Assembly: GCA_040756235.1 (NCBI GenBank)
Contig: JBFLZG010000111.1
Location: 35,508-99,507 of the forward strand
Source: a bacterium
Lineage (GTDB): Bacteria; Desulfobacterota; DSWW01
DNA: 64,000 nucleotides
Direction: 5' to 3'
Below, piece by piece: positions 1 through 10,138 of the stretch (positions within the stretch are counted from its first letter, which is position 1; every line of letters starts with the position of its first letter). The position numbers and the translations under genes were made by a program. The notes under the pieces were generated by a model. It did no database searches. It was not told where the DNA came from and worked only from the letters and a program-made list of their open reading frames with translations.

Positions 1-569
1 TACTCGGGCGGCACGCTCAAGGTGATTTTCGCGCGCTGCCGATAGCAGATGGGCACGTAGCAGACGTAGCCTCCTCCTGACTCGCTGATGAAGTTGACCA
101 GAGGAAACAGAAAGGGTGCCTGGACCTGCGAGAAGAAACAAGTGAAGGGTAGGTCGACGAGAGGAGTCTCCATGTCTTCCACGTAAATGCGGATCTGGCT
201 GTCCCAGGCGATCAACGCCGTGAACCACATCCGGTAGATGCAGCCGGGGCCGTAGTCATCGAAGACGACGTACTCGCCTTTCTCGTCGGCGTAGAGCTGG
301 GTGTTCCGCGGGAAGCCGTCATCGTTGCCTCCGGTCTGGTCATGGCTCGAGAGCTGGCGGGCCAGCGTCCGGTAGCGCAGAAGGGGGAGCGAAGCCGCAT
401 CGGCCACCGCCTCCACGCCGGGGCCCGGCGGCTCCAGCCGGAGGCCGGCCGCGCTTCCGGCCGACGGGTTGTCCGCGCCGTCTCCGCCGCCGCAGCCGGC
501 CGCAACGAGAGCCCCGCACAGGACGGCGTCCGCCAGGACAAAGAGGAAGAGACCTCGGCTCGTCTTCAT
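1..569 (-). CDS. DUF2961/GH172-like lipoprotein, 3' end runs off window
   Basis: Hand translation from ATG 569: MKTSRGLFLF...LVAAGC (lipobox)...LSSHDQTGGNDD...GPGCIYRMWFT...YVPICY, open to base 1. Absent from the ORF track because no stop lies in the window. Confidence 0.7.
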   Translation of the reverse strand, partial: MKTSRGLFLFVLADAVLCGALVAAGCGGGDGADNPSAGSAAGLRLEPPGPGVEAVADAASLPLLRYRTLARQLSSHDQTGGNDDGFPRNTQLYADEKGEYVVFDDYGPGCIYRMWFTALIAWDSQIRIYVEDMETPLVDLPFTCFFSQVQAPFLFPLVNFISESGGGYVCYVPICYRQRAKITLSVPPE

Positions 570-785
570 GGCCCTGCCCTCCGCAATTATGCCGAGTCTA
601 GCAGAACGATAACGACGCAACAAAACAAAATGCTGTGTTCCGCAACGTGAAGCCCCATTTCCGTTGTGCCATGCTCCAATCAATTTTGTGTTTGACTCCC
701 CGATACGGGTCAAGGTAGCTTGACCAAGGCTTTTCCCGCCTGAATTCGCCCGTCACTTGGAGAAGGTGCCGCATAACACCCGTGC

Positions 786-938
786 AGAGGCTGGCGAGAA
801 ATGGCCGGATGCAAGGCAGGCGAAGCCCTGAGGATCCAGGCACCTCACTGACGGAGGAGGGTGGGGAGCCTGCCCCGGCGAAGGCCGGGAACGAAGAGCG
901 AGCCGAACGCAGCAGGTGGCCGTTCATCGACAGCCTCT
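786..938 (+). mobile_element. MITE-like repeat family A, copy 1
   Basis: Terminal IR AGAGGCTG...CAGCCTCT; subterminal GATGCAAGGC shared with the other copies. Confidence 0.7.
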
Positions 939-953
939 CAAAGGAGGTGCCAG

Positions 954-1736
954 ATGCCCAGCATCCACAGCAAGGAGTTCCCCTGGTACTCGGACTCGGA
1001 CAAGAACCGGAAGGAACACGTCGTCTCGGCCGGAAAGCTCATGATGAACGCGGCGCACACGGCCCCGGTCACGGGCGGCGTGGACAACATCGAAGCCGAG
1101 CTCATCTGGGGCGAGAAGGAGCTCGCCCAGCTCGCGGACAAGATGGACGAGCTTTCCTATCTGCCCGAGAACAAGCGCGTCGACGAGTTGTTCCGGACAG
1201 AGGGCCAGATGGTGAGAGAATCGGATTGCGTCCTCGCCCTGGGAAGCTTCCGCGCCCGCAACATGCCGTTCGACGCCAACTGCGGCATGTGCGGGGGCGC
1301 GTCCGGCTGCGGGTTCGTGTACTCCCGGCGCAGGGCCGTGGCCGGCCAGATCGACCATTCCGACAAGAGCCTGTCGAAGACCACCATCGACGGCCCCCTG
1401 TGCCAGATGTTCCTGCACAACCTGGGCTACGGAATCGGATCGGCCTTGTGGACCGCGCGCACCCTGCTGGTGGACGCCCGGCCGTTCATGACCGTGGGCG
1501 TTGCGGCCAACCGGCTCGGCTACTGCAGGAATTCCGCATTTGTCGTGGGGATCCTGCTCTCCGCCACCTCCAAGAACCCGTACGTGGACATTCCCTATCA
1601 CCACCACGTGGTGAACATGCGCCGGATCGTGGAATCGGTGCACCAGGCCTTCATCATCCCGAGACAGATGGGCCTCGACTATCGGCTCCATCCCTTGAAG
1701 AAAGCCAAAATAGGTAAGGACGAGGACAAGGACTAG
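954..1736 (+). CDS. DUF2148-like ferredoxin-domain protein (paralog A)
   Basis: RBS AAGGAGG; motifs AAHTAPVTGGVDNIE, CGMCGGASGC, GPLC, LGYGIGSA, KNPY. Confidence 0.75.
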   Translation: MPSIHSKEFPWYSDSDKNRKEHVVSAGKLMMNAAHTAPVTGGVDNIEAELIWGEKELAQLADKMDELSYLPENKRVDELFRTEGQMVRESDCVLALGSFRARNMPFDANCGMCGGASGCGFVYSRRRAVAGQIDHSDKSLSKTTIDGPLCQMFLHNLGYGIGSALWTARTLLVDARPFMTVGVAANRLGYCRNSAFVVGILLSATSKNPYVDIPYHHHVVNMRRIVESVHQAFIIPRQMGLDYRLHPLKKAKIGKDEDKD

Positions 1737-1757
1737 GCTAGAATTAACGACTCTGAT

Positions 1758-1920
1758 GCAGGCTGTTCGAAAATGCCCAGATGCAAGGCAGGCGAAGTTA
1801 TGAGGAATGAGGCGTACTTCGGAATCACAGTGGACCCCGGCCTTCGCCGGGGCAGGCTCCCCGCCCGCCTCCATGACCAGCGAGCCGAACGCAGCAGATG
1901 GGCGTTTTTCAACAGCCTGC
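1758..1920 (+). mobile_element. MITE-like repeat family A, copy 2
   Basis: GCAGGCTGTTCGAAAATGCCCAGATGC...GCAGATGGGCGTTTTTCAACAGCCTGC long imperfect terminal IR. Confidence 0.75.
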
Positions 1921-1936
1921 CGGGGAGGTGAGGACC

Positions 1937-2830
1937 ATGGCGATGGTCGACGGACGCGCATTCGCGCAGGAACAACTGTGGCAGTCTGCAGGGCTGGTGC
2001 TGAACGCTTACTACAAGGCTCCCCTGGTCACCAGCCGGCTCGACCAGAAGGCGCTCCTCCTCTCCGGCGAGGAGTTGATGCCCATGCTCGACCTGATCGA
2101 GACCCTCTCGAAAAAGGTCGGAGGCCACGAGGCGACGCAGAACATCTTCTTTCCATTGTACATGGACTACCTGGCCTACCGCGTCGCCATCGAGAAGGGG
2201 CAGTCTCCGGTCCTGCTCCTCCTGGGGGCGAATCTCGCCAAGGCCGACCTCGGATGGGACTGCGGCGCCTGTGGTTTTCCCACGTGCGGGGCGATGATGA
2301 AGCACTTCAAGGAGCAAGGCGGGCTGGGGAGAATGATCGTCGGCCCCTCCTGCGCCTGGAAATCCCTGGACTGGGGGATCGCCTGCGACTATGCCTGCGC
2401 CGCCGCCTGGGAGCTGAACATCGAGAATCGGATCGAGGGAACGTTCGGGCTCGTCGCGTACGCCCTGGGCTACATGGACGACGTGACGGCCGTGATGGCT
2501 CTCCCGTTGGGGCCCGTGACGGAGTTCTGGTACTACAACCGGCCGACCATGGGCCAGGTCGTCACGCCCGAGAAGCAGGCCGAGCTCCTCCGGAAGAACG
2601 TGCCCGTGCACTGGGTCATGTTCGCTGGCGACTTGATGCCGCCCATGAAGGGATACGGCCCGTGGTGGGAGAAGCCCGCCGAGTACGCGAAGGTCGGGCC
2701 GGATCCGGAGTACACGGAGCTCCAGGACAAGAACAAGATGGTCCTGCTCGAAGCGGTGATGGAGGTCCGGCCCAAGGTCGAGGCGATCAAGCAGAAGCTG
2801 AAGGAAAAGACGGAGCAGATGTTGAAGTAG
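1937..2830 (+). CDS. DUF2148-like ferredoxin-domain protein (paralog B)
   Basis: RBS GGAGG; motifs DCGACGFPTC, GPSC, DWGIACD, IENRI. Confidence 0.7.
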   Translation: MAMVDGRAFAQEQLWQSAGLVLNAYYKAPLVTSRLDQKALLLSGEELMPMLDLIETLSKKVGGHEATQNIFFPLYMDYLAYRVAIEKGQSPVLLLLGANLAKADLGWDCGACGFPTCGAMMKHFKEQGGLGRMIVGPSCAWKSLDWGIACDYACAAAWELNIENRIEGTFGLVAYALGYMDDVTAVMALPLGPVTEFWYYNRPTMGQVVTPEKQAELLRKNVPVHWVMFAGDLMPPMKGYGPWWEKPAEYAKVGPDPEYTELQDKNKMVLLEAVMEVRPKVEAIKQKLKEKTEQMLK

Positions 2831-2843
2831 GGGAGGCGGTCCC

Positions 2844-4154
2844 ATGCGCGTCTTCACGGATGAAGAGCTGCTCGAAGAGGCGAGGCCCCTGTCGGAGCGG
2901 GCCCTGGAGGCCCTGGAGAAGGGGCGGATCGAGCGGCTCCACTGTCTTCTCAACGAGATGGATGCGGGCCACAAGGAGCTTTGTGCTCTCGGGCTCCACT
3001 GGCTCCCCAGGATGTGGGCAAAGATCCGCAACGACATGGGCGAGGCCGCCCTGGACCGCATGCTCGGCGAGATCGCCTCTTATCTGATGGAGCCCTATGT
3101 CGAGGAGCTCCGCAAGGGCGGTGAAAAGGATTTCATTTCGCAGATCGTCCAGATCTGGCGGTCCCAGTACGGAGCGCGCATCGTCCCGGTCGCCGAGACG
3201 GCGGGCGAGGCCGTCTTCGCGCTGTCGCCCTGCGGCTCCGGAGGCCGGCTCGTCCTGGAGGGGTGGCCCCAGGCCCTGCCGGAGCTCTATGCCCCCTGTT
3301 CGGACGGCACGCCGATCTACTGCCGCGGCTGCCAGGCCCTGCAACGGGCGTGCAACGCAGCCTGCGGCGCGGAGGTCTGGACCACGCACCTCCGGGGCGA
3401 TCTCGCCGGCGCCTGCGAAATGCGTTTCTCCAAGCAGGCGGAGGCGGCCAGGGGGCGAAAGCTCTTCGAGCCGGCCGAGCTCTACCGGCTCTGCCAATCG
3501 AACTGTCAGCAGGCCCTGGAGAAGCTCCTCATGGGCGACCTGAACATCCGGGAGCTCATCCGGGACCAGCACCGGGAATGGCGGCCGTACCACGATCTCA
3601 TGGTCGAGTACGCGGCCTGCACCCAGTCGCTGGTCTACCGTGCGAAAGGGGCGGGCTATCTCGACGCCTTTCTGAAGGAGACCTATGATTCGGCCTTCAA
3701 GATGTTCTACCCGGTCCATGACATGCTCGACGACGTAAGCCTCCTGCGCCTGTTCGCCCGCGTCTGGCACTACCACCAGGCCACCTACAGCATTCGCGAG
3801 GAAGAGGACCGGTTCGCCTTCATCCTGGACCCTTGCGGAAGCGGGGGGAGGATGTACCGCTCCGACATGCACAAGGGCCGCTTCCGCTACGCTGAAGGCG
3901 TGCCCTGTCTGATGCAGGAGCCGGCCAACATCAACTTCAACCGGAAGGATTTTCCGATTTACTGCACCCACTGCGCTTCGAGCAACCGGGACCAGTTCGA
4001 CGGCAATCCTTTCGTATTCGTCATCGACGGGCACTCGCAGAAGGACCCCGGCTCGCCCTGCATCCAGTACCTGTACAAGAAGGGGGCCCCGAGGGAAGTC
4101 TCTCCCGGCATGCTCGCCGAGGTGGGCATGTCCGCGGTCCGTCCGCGGGCGTAA
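2844..4154 (+). CDS. hypothetical protein with internal duplication (2x PCGSGG...PIYCxxC)
   Basis: 436 aa, RBS GGAGG, typical codon bias; two Cys-motif halves. Confidence 0.8.
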   Translation: MRVFTDEELLEEARPLSERALEALEKGRIERLHCLLNEMDAGHKELCALGLHWLPRMWAKIRNDMGEAALDRMLGEIASYLMEPYVEELRKGGEKDFISQIVQIWRSQYGARIVPVAETAGEAVFALSPCGSGGRLVLEGWPQALPELYAPCSDGTPIYCRGCQALQRACNAACGAEVWTTHLRGDLAGACEMRFSKQAEAARGRKLFEPAELYRLCQSNCQQALEKLLMGDLNIRELIRDQHREWRPYHDLMVEYAACTQSLVYRAKGAGYLDAFLKETYDSAFKMFYPVHDMLDDVSLLRLFARVWHYHQATYSIREEEDRFAFILDPCGSGGRMYRSDMHKGRFRYAEGVPCLMQEPANINFNRKDFPIYCTHCASSNRDQFDGNPFVFVIDGHSQKDPGSPCIQYLYKKGAPREVSPGMLAEVGMSAVRPRA

Positions 4155-4220
4155 GAGACGGAGGCGACGTATGCGCAGCTTCTACAGCGCTCTTTAGGCT
4201 GCCAGGGCGTCTCCTATTTC

Positions 4221-4332
4221 GTCATCCCGGCCCGGTTGCGCAGCGCGTGGGAGCCGGGATCCAGAAGGGTGCACCAAGACCAGCTGTGGTAACTGGGCGC
4301 AGGGACTGGGTTCCGGCCTGCGCCGGAATGAC
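4221..4332. repeat. REP-like palindromic repeat family B (GTCATCCCGGC...GCCGGGATCCAG...CCGGAATGAC)
   Basis: Related copies at 7930-8066, 8093-8178, 24928-25030, 25047-25162, 31716-31818. Confidence 0.75.
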
Positions 4333-4359
4333 GGGAAAAGCCACTGCCACGTCACGGAG

Positions 4360-5724
4360 ATGAACATGGAACCGAGGCGGCCCTACTGGAACATGGAAGT
4401 CGAGACCAGGCTGAACACCCCCGAGATGAGGGAGCTCCAGTGGTCGAAGCTCAAGAAGAAGCTCGCCGGCCTCTACGAGGCCGCGCCCTTCTGGAGATCG
4501 AGGCTCGACAAGGCGGGCGTCCGACCCGACGATATCCGGACATGGGAGGACTTTGCCAAGCGCGTCCCGATTCTCACCAAGGAGGGTTTCCGCGAGTACG
4601 CCGCGGGCCTGGGGTTCGACATGGAGCGGATCCTCCAGGGGTGGATGGGGGAAGCCGCGGACCGGCTCGTCTGCATCGCATCGACCTCCGGCACCACGGG
4701 AGAGCCGACCCCCTACCCTCTGGACAAGCACGACCTCGCCCTCTGGTCGGAGTACAACGCAAGGGCCATGTGGCGCTGCGGCATCTACCCGGGCGACCGG
4801 GTCCTGCAGGCCTTCGGGCTGAGCATGTTCCTGGCAGGGGTGCCGAGCTGCATGTGCATCGCCGACTACGGCGCCTGCGCGATCCCGGTCGGCGCGGAAG
4901 CGGGGACCGACCGAGTGCTGACCTATGCCCGCCTGTTCCGGCCCAGGGCCATGATGTGCACGCCCTCTTTTGCGGAGTACATGATCGAAAAGGCGCCCGG
5001 GGTCTTGGGCAGCGGCGTGGACAGCCTGAACATCCGGACGATCATCTGCGGCGGCGAGCCCGGGGCGGGGATCCCGGAAGTCCGACGCAAGATCGAGGGC
5101 GCCTTCCGGGCCAAGCTCTTCGACATGGGCGCCGGGCTCGGCTGCTCCTGCGACTGGCCGGAGTACCAGGGGATGCACTGGGTCGGGGACGATCTGGCCC
5201 TCATGGAGCTCGTCAGCCAGGACACGCTCGAGCCCATTCCCCTCGAGGACGGCGCAGCCGGCCTGGCCGTCTTCACCACCCTGGCCGGCACGGTGATGCT
5301 CGGGATCCGGCAGACCCTGGGCGACATCATGGAAGTCACGGTCTCGCCCTGCCCCTGCGGACAGACCGGTTTCCGCTACAAGGTCATCGGCCGGACGGAC
5401 GACATGCTCAAGGTCAAGGGCGTCATGATCTACCCGCCTGCCGTCGAGGGCGTCGTGAACCGTTTCGTGCCGCGGGTCACGGGTGAGTTCCGGATCGTTC
5501 TGGACGAGCCGCCCCCACGGGTGGTCCCGCCCCTCAAGCTCCGGATCGAGTACGGGGAGAACGCCCGGGAGGAGGAGCTCGCCTCTCTGGCCGAGGAGAT
5601 CTCGGACGAGATGCATCGGGCCATCAAGATCCGGCCCAAGATCCTCTGGATTCCTCCCCGGACGCTCGAGCGGTTTCTCAAAAAGAAGAAGCTGATCGAG
5701 AAAGCGTATGCGTCCAAAAGATAG
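4360..5724 (+). CDS. phenylacetate-CoA ligase family (PaaK-like) aryl/acyl-CoA ligase
   Basis: STSGTTGEP P-loop, GGEPG, GRTDDMLKVKGVMIYP. Confidence 0.88.
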   Translation: MNMEPRRPYWNMEVETRLNTPEMRELQWSKLKKKLAGLYEAAPFWRSRLDKAGVRPDDIRTWEDFAKRVPILTKEGFREYAAGLGFDMERILQGWMGEAADRLVCIASTSGTTGEPTPYPLDKHDLALWSEYNARAMWRCGIYPGDRVLQAFGLSMFLAGVPSCMCIADYGACAIPVGAEAGTDRVLTYARLFRPRAMMCTPSFAEYMIEKAPGVLGSGVDSLNIRTIICGGEPGAGIPEVRRKIEGAFRAKLFDMGAGLGCSCDWPEYQGMHWVGDDLALMELVSQDTLEPIPLEDGAAGLAVFTTLAGTVMLGIRQTLGDIMEVTVSPCPCGQTGFRYKVIGRTDDMLKVKGVMIYPPAVEGVVNRFVPRVTGEFRIVLDEPPPRVVPPLKLRIEYGENAREEELASLAEEISDEMHRAIKIRPKILWIPPRTLERFLKKKKLIEKAYASKR

Positions 5725-5739
5725 GAGTGCCCGAGTGAC

Positions 5740-5890
5740 TGTCACCCCTCACCTTGATCCTCTCCCCTCGAGAGGTAACGGAGCACTACCCTCGCCCCCG
5801 TGAGGGGGAGAGGGCCAGGGTGAGGAGGAACCAGGAGCGGATTCACCCCTCATCCCGGCCTTCTCCCCTTGGCGAGGGGAGAAGGTGAGA
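5740..5890. repeat. REP-like family C (CCCTCACC...CTCTCCC...GGGAGAGGG)
   Basis: TGTCACCCCTCACCTTGATCCTCTCCCCTCG recurs at 63937; related copy at 23957-24095. Confidence 0.7.
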
Positions 5891-5932
5891 AAATGGACAC
5901 CCCGGAGGATGCACGGACAGAAGGAGAAAACC

Positions 5933-7915
5933 ATGACCGAGCTGGCCCATCTCTTCTCACCCATCACGATCGGGAAATGCCAGATCCGCAACCGCATCCT
6001 CTCGTCCGGTCACGTGACGAGCTTCGGCAGGGACGGTCTGCCCACGGACCAGCACGTCAGGTACTTCGAGAGGCGGGCCAAGGGAGGGATCGGGCTCATC
6101 GTCATGGAGGCCCAGTGCATCTCGCCCCACTGCAACCCGCTCCCTATCGTGATCCAGGCCTGGCGGGACGAGGTCGTCCCCTGGTACCGGAAGATCAGCC
6201 AAGCGGTCCACGGGCACGGGGCGAAGCTTTTTGCCCAGGCCTGGCACAACGGCCACCAGAACACGTCCTTCGCGAGCTGGGTCCACTCCCAGTCCTGCTC
6301 GGACGTCCCCTCGGCCGCCATCGGCGAGGTCCCGTCGGTCATGGACGAGGAGAACATCCGGGAGGCCGTGCGCCAGTACGTGGCCCTCGCCCTGAAGCTC
6401 CAGGAGGGCGGCTTCGACGGCGTGGAGCTGCACTTCGGGCACGGCTATCTGGCCCAGCAGTTCCTCTCGCCGTATTCGAACATCCGCAAGGACCGCTACG
6501 GCGGCAGCCTCGAGAACCGGATGCGGTTCGGCCTGGAGGTGATCGAGGCGGTCCGGGCCGCGGTGCGCGCCGACTTCGTGGTGGGCATCCGCGCCTCGGC
6601 GGACGAGCTGATTCCGGTGGGCCTGACCCTCGAGGACATGAAGCAGGTCATGCCGCGGTGGGCCCGGACCGGCAAGATCGACTACCTGAACGTGACCGTC
6701 TCCACCTACAAGTCCGCGGCCGTGGGGATCCCGCCCATGATGATCCCTCCGCGGCCGTTCGTCTTCTACGCGGCCGAGATCAAGCAGCTCGTGGACATCC
6801 CCGTGTTCGCGGCCATCCGCATCAACGACCCGGTCACGGCCAACGACATCGTCAAGAACAACGAGGCCGACATGGTGGTCATGACCCGGGCCACGATCTG
6901 CGACCCGGACCTGCCCGAGAAGGCGCGGCAGGGGCGCCTGGACGACATCCGGCTGTGCGTGGCCTGCAACGAGGGCTGCTGGGAGCGCACCGAGCACGGG
7001 CAGCCGATCACCTGCATGCAGAACCCGGAGGCGGGCCGGGAGGGCGTGTTCGAGGTGCGGCCAGCGGCGAAACCGAAGAAGGTCCTGGTGGCCGGAGGCG
7101 GCTGCGCGGGCATGAAGGCAGCGGCCGTGGCCAAGGAGCGGGGCCACGACGTGATCCTGTGCGAAAAGGCGGCGGAGCTGGGCGGCGCGATCCTCATCCC
7201 GGCCAGGGCGCCCAGCCGCCAGGAGCTGGGGCAGGTGGTCCGCTTCCTGAAGCACGAGCTGGAGCGGCTCGGCGTCGAGGTCCGCCTGAGCACCGAGGTG
7301 ACCCCGGGCCTGGTCGAGCAAATCAGGCCGGACGTCCTCATCGTGGCCACCGGCGGGACCACGGTCGAGAACCCTGCTCCGGAGGTGGTGGGGCCCGACG
7401 CGGCCATCCAGATCGAGCCGGGGACCCCGGTCGCCACCGCGGAGGACGTCCTCGAAGGCAAGGCCAAGACCGGCCAGCGGGTCGTCATTGCCGACTGCCA
7501 GACCTACATGAAAGGCGTGCTGAGCGCCGAAATGCTGGCCGATCAAGGCAAACAGGTCACGGTCATCATGCCCATGCCCATGCGCCTGTTGCGCAACGCG
7601 CCTTACGACATGGACGGCCCGACCATGGGCATCCAGATGCTCAATCTGGCCCTGCGCAAGGTGAAGCTGGTGAGCGGCTTCGAGCTCAAGAAGGCGCGGC
7701 CGGGAAAGGTCGTCCTGCGCAACATGCTGACCGAGGAGGAGGAGGAGCTCGAGGCCGACACCCTGGTGACCGCCTATTGGCGCAAGGCCGACGACCGGCT
7801 CTATCGGGATCTCAAGGGCAAGGTGAAGGAGGTCTACAAGATCGGCGACTGCGTGGCCTCGCGGCGCCTCATCCATGCGATCTACGAGGCCTACAAGGTC
7901 GCGATGGAAATCTGA
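5933..7915 (+). CDS. NADH:flavin oxidoreductase (OYE + 4Fe-4S + FAD/NAD domains; dienoyl-CoA reductase-like)
   Basis: ELHFGHGYL, RKDRYGGSLENR, CVACNEGC...CMQNP, VAGGGCAG. Confidence 0.9.
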   Translation: MTELAHLFSPITIGKCQIRNRILSSGHVTSFGRDGLPTDQHVRYFERRAKGGIGLIVMEAQCISPHCNPLPIVIQAWRDEVVPWYRKISQAVHGHGAKLFAQAWHNGHQNTSFASWVHSQSCSDVPSAAIGEVPSVMDEENIREAVRQYVALALKLQEGGFDGVELHFGHGYLAQQFLSPYSNIRKDRYGGSLENRMRFGLEVIEAVRAAVRADFVVGIRASADELIPVGLTLEDMKQVMPRWARTGKIDYLNVTVSTYKSAAVGIPPMMIPPRPFVFYAAEIKQLVDIPVFAAIRINDPVTANDIVKNNEADMVVMTRATICDPDLPEKARQGRLDDIRLCVACNEGCWERTEHGQPITCMQNPEAGREGVFEVRPAAKPKKVLVAGGGCAGMKAAAVAKERGHDVILCEKAAELGGAILIPARAPSRQELGQVVRFLKHELERLGVEVRLSTEVTPGLVEQIRPDVLIVATGGTTVENPAPEVVGPDAAIQIEPGTPVATAEDVLEGKAKTGQRVVIADCQTYMKGVLSAEMLADQGKQVTVIMPMPMRLLRNAPYDMDGPTMGIQMLNLALRKVKLVSGFELKKARPGKVVLRNMLTEEEEELEADTLVTAYWRKADDRLYRDLKGKVKEVYKIGDCVASRRLIHAIYEAYKVAMEI

Positions 7916-7929
7916 AAAGGCGAACGGCC

Positions 7930-8178
7930 GTCATCCCTGCCATTGCTTCCGCTGGATCTTGTAGGGGCGCTGCTTGCTGCGCCCGCCCCTGGGATCCAGG
8001 ATCCACCGCCAAGCCTCCTGGAATCACACGGAGGCACGGCCTGGATTCCGGCCTCCGCCGGAATGAGGAGAAGGCGGGCCGTGTCTGATTTCGTCATCCC
8101 GGCCCATCGGCGCAGCGCGTGTGAGCCGGGATCCAGGGGTGGGAACAGGAACCGGATTCCGGCCTCCGCCGGAATGAC
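7930..8178. repeat. two tandem REP-like family B copies, with a nested GTAGGGGCG REP
   Basis: GGATTCCGGCCTCCGCCGGAATGA occurs twice; lies between convergent genes. Confidence 0.7.
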
Positions 8179-8196
8179 GGAAGAGGCGAGTGCCTC

Positions 8197-9772
<1,576 letters not shown>

Positions 9773-10138
9773 GAGTCCCTCCTTCGAGAAAACGAAATGA
9801 GCTCAACGCACGTGCGCGCAGAGAGCAGCTCGACCGAAAAGAGGCCGTGACGCGCGACGGCTGCAACACGGCCGGGAAGCCCGGGCCATGCGAATGTCGC
9901 CGGCCGGACCGCACGAAGGCAGCTAATGACAGTCCACGGCGGATATGTCAAGCAGCAGCCGATGACACGATTAACGAGTCTTTTGGATGTGTTAGGGTGG
10001 CTAAACCCGACCCGAAAGGCGGGCCGCGAGGCAATCAACCATGCGCAGGCACGACGCCGGATGCGAAAGAAGCGTCAGCGGTTTGGGTCGGGCCTGTCGG
10101 GTGTGGTATAGGTTCAGAAAACGAGGAGGGCCTGCCCC

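Noticed and set aside
5869..8088. Long alternative-frame and antisense ORFs (also 28921-30825, 38083-40248, 41786-44266, 50498-52777, 55995-58139)
   Set aside because: These are shadow ORFs expected at high GC; they overlap motif-rich genes and have no recognisable domains.
7930..8178. Tandem palindromic repeats as a CRISPR array
   Set aside because: Variable lengths, no regular repeat-spacer period, dispersed copies and no cas genes; REP-like instead.
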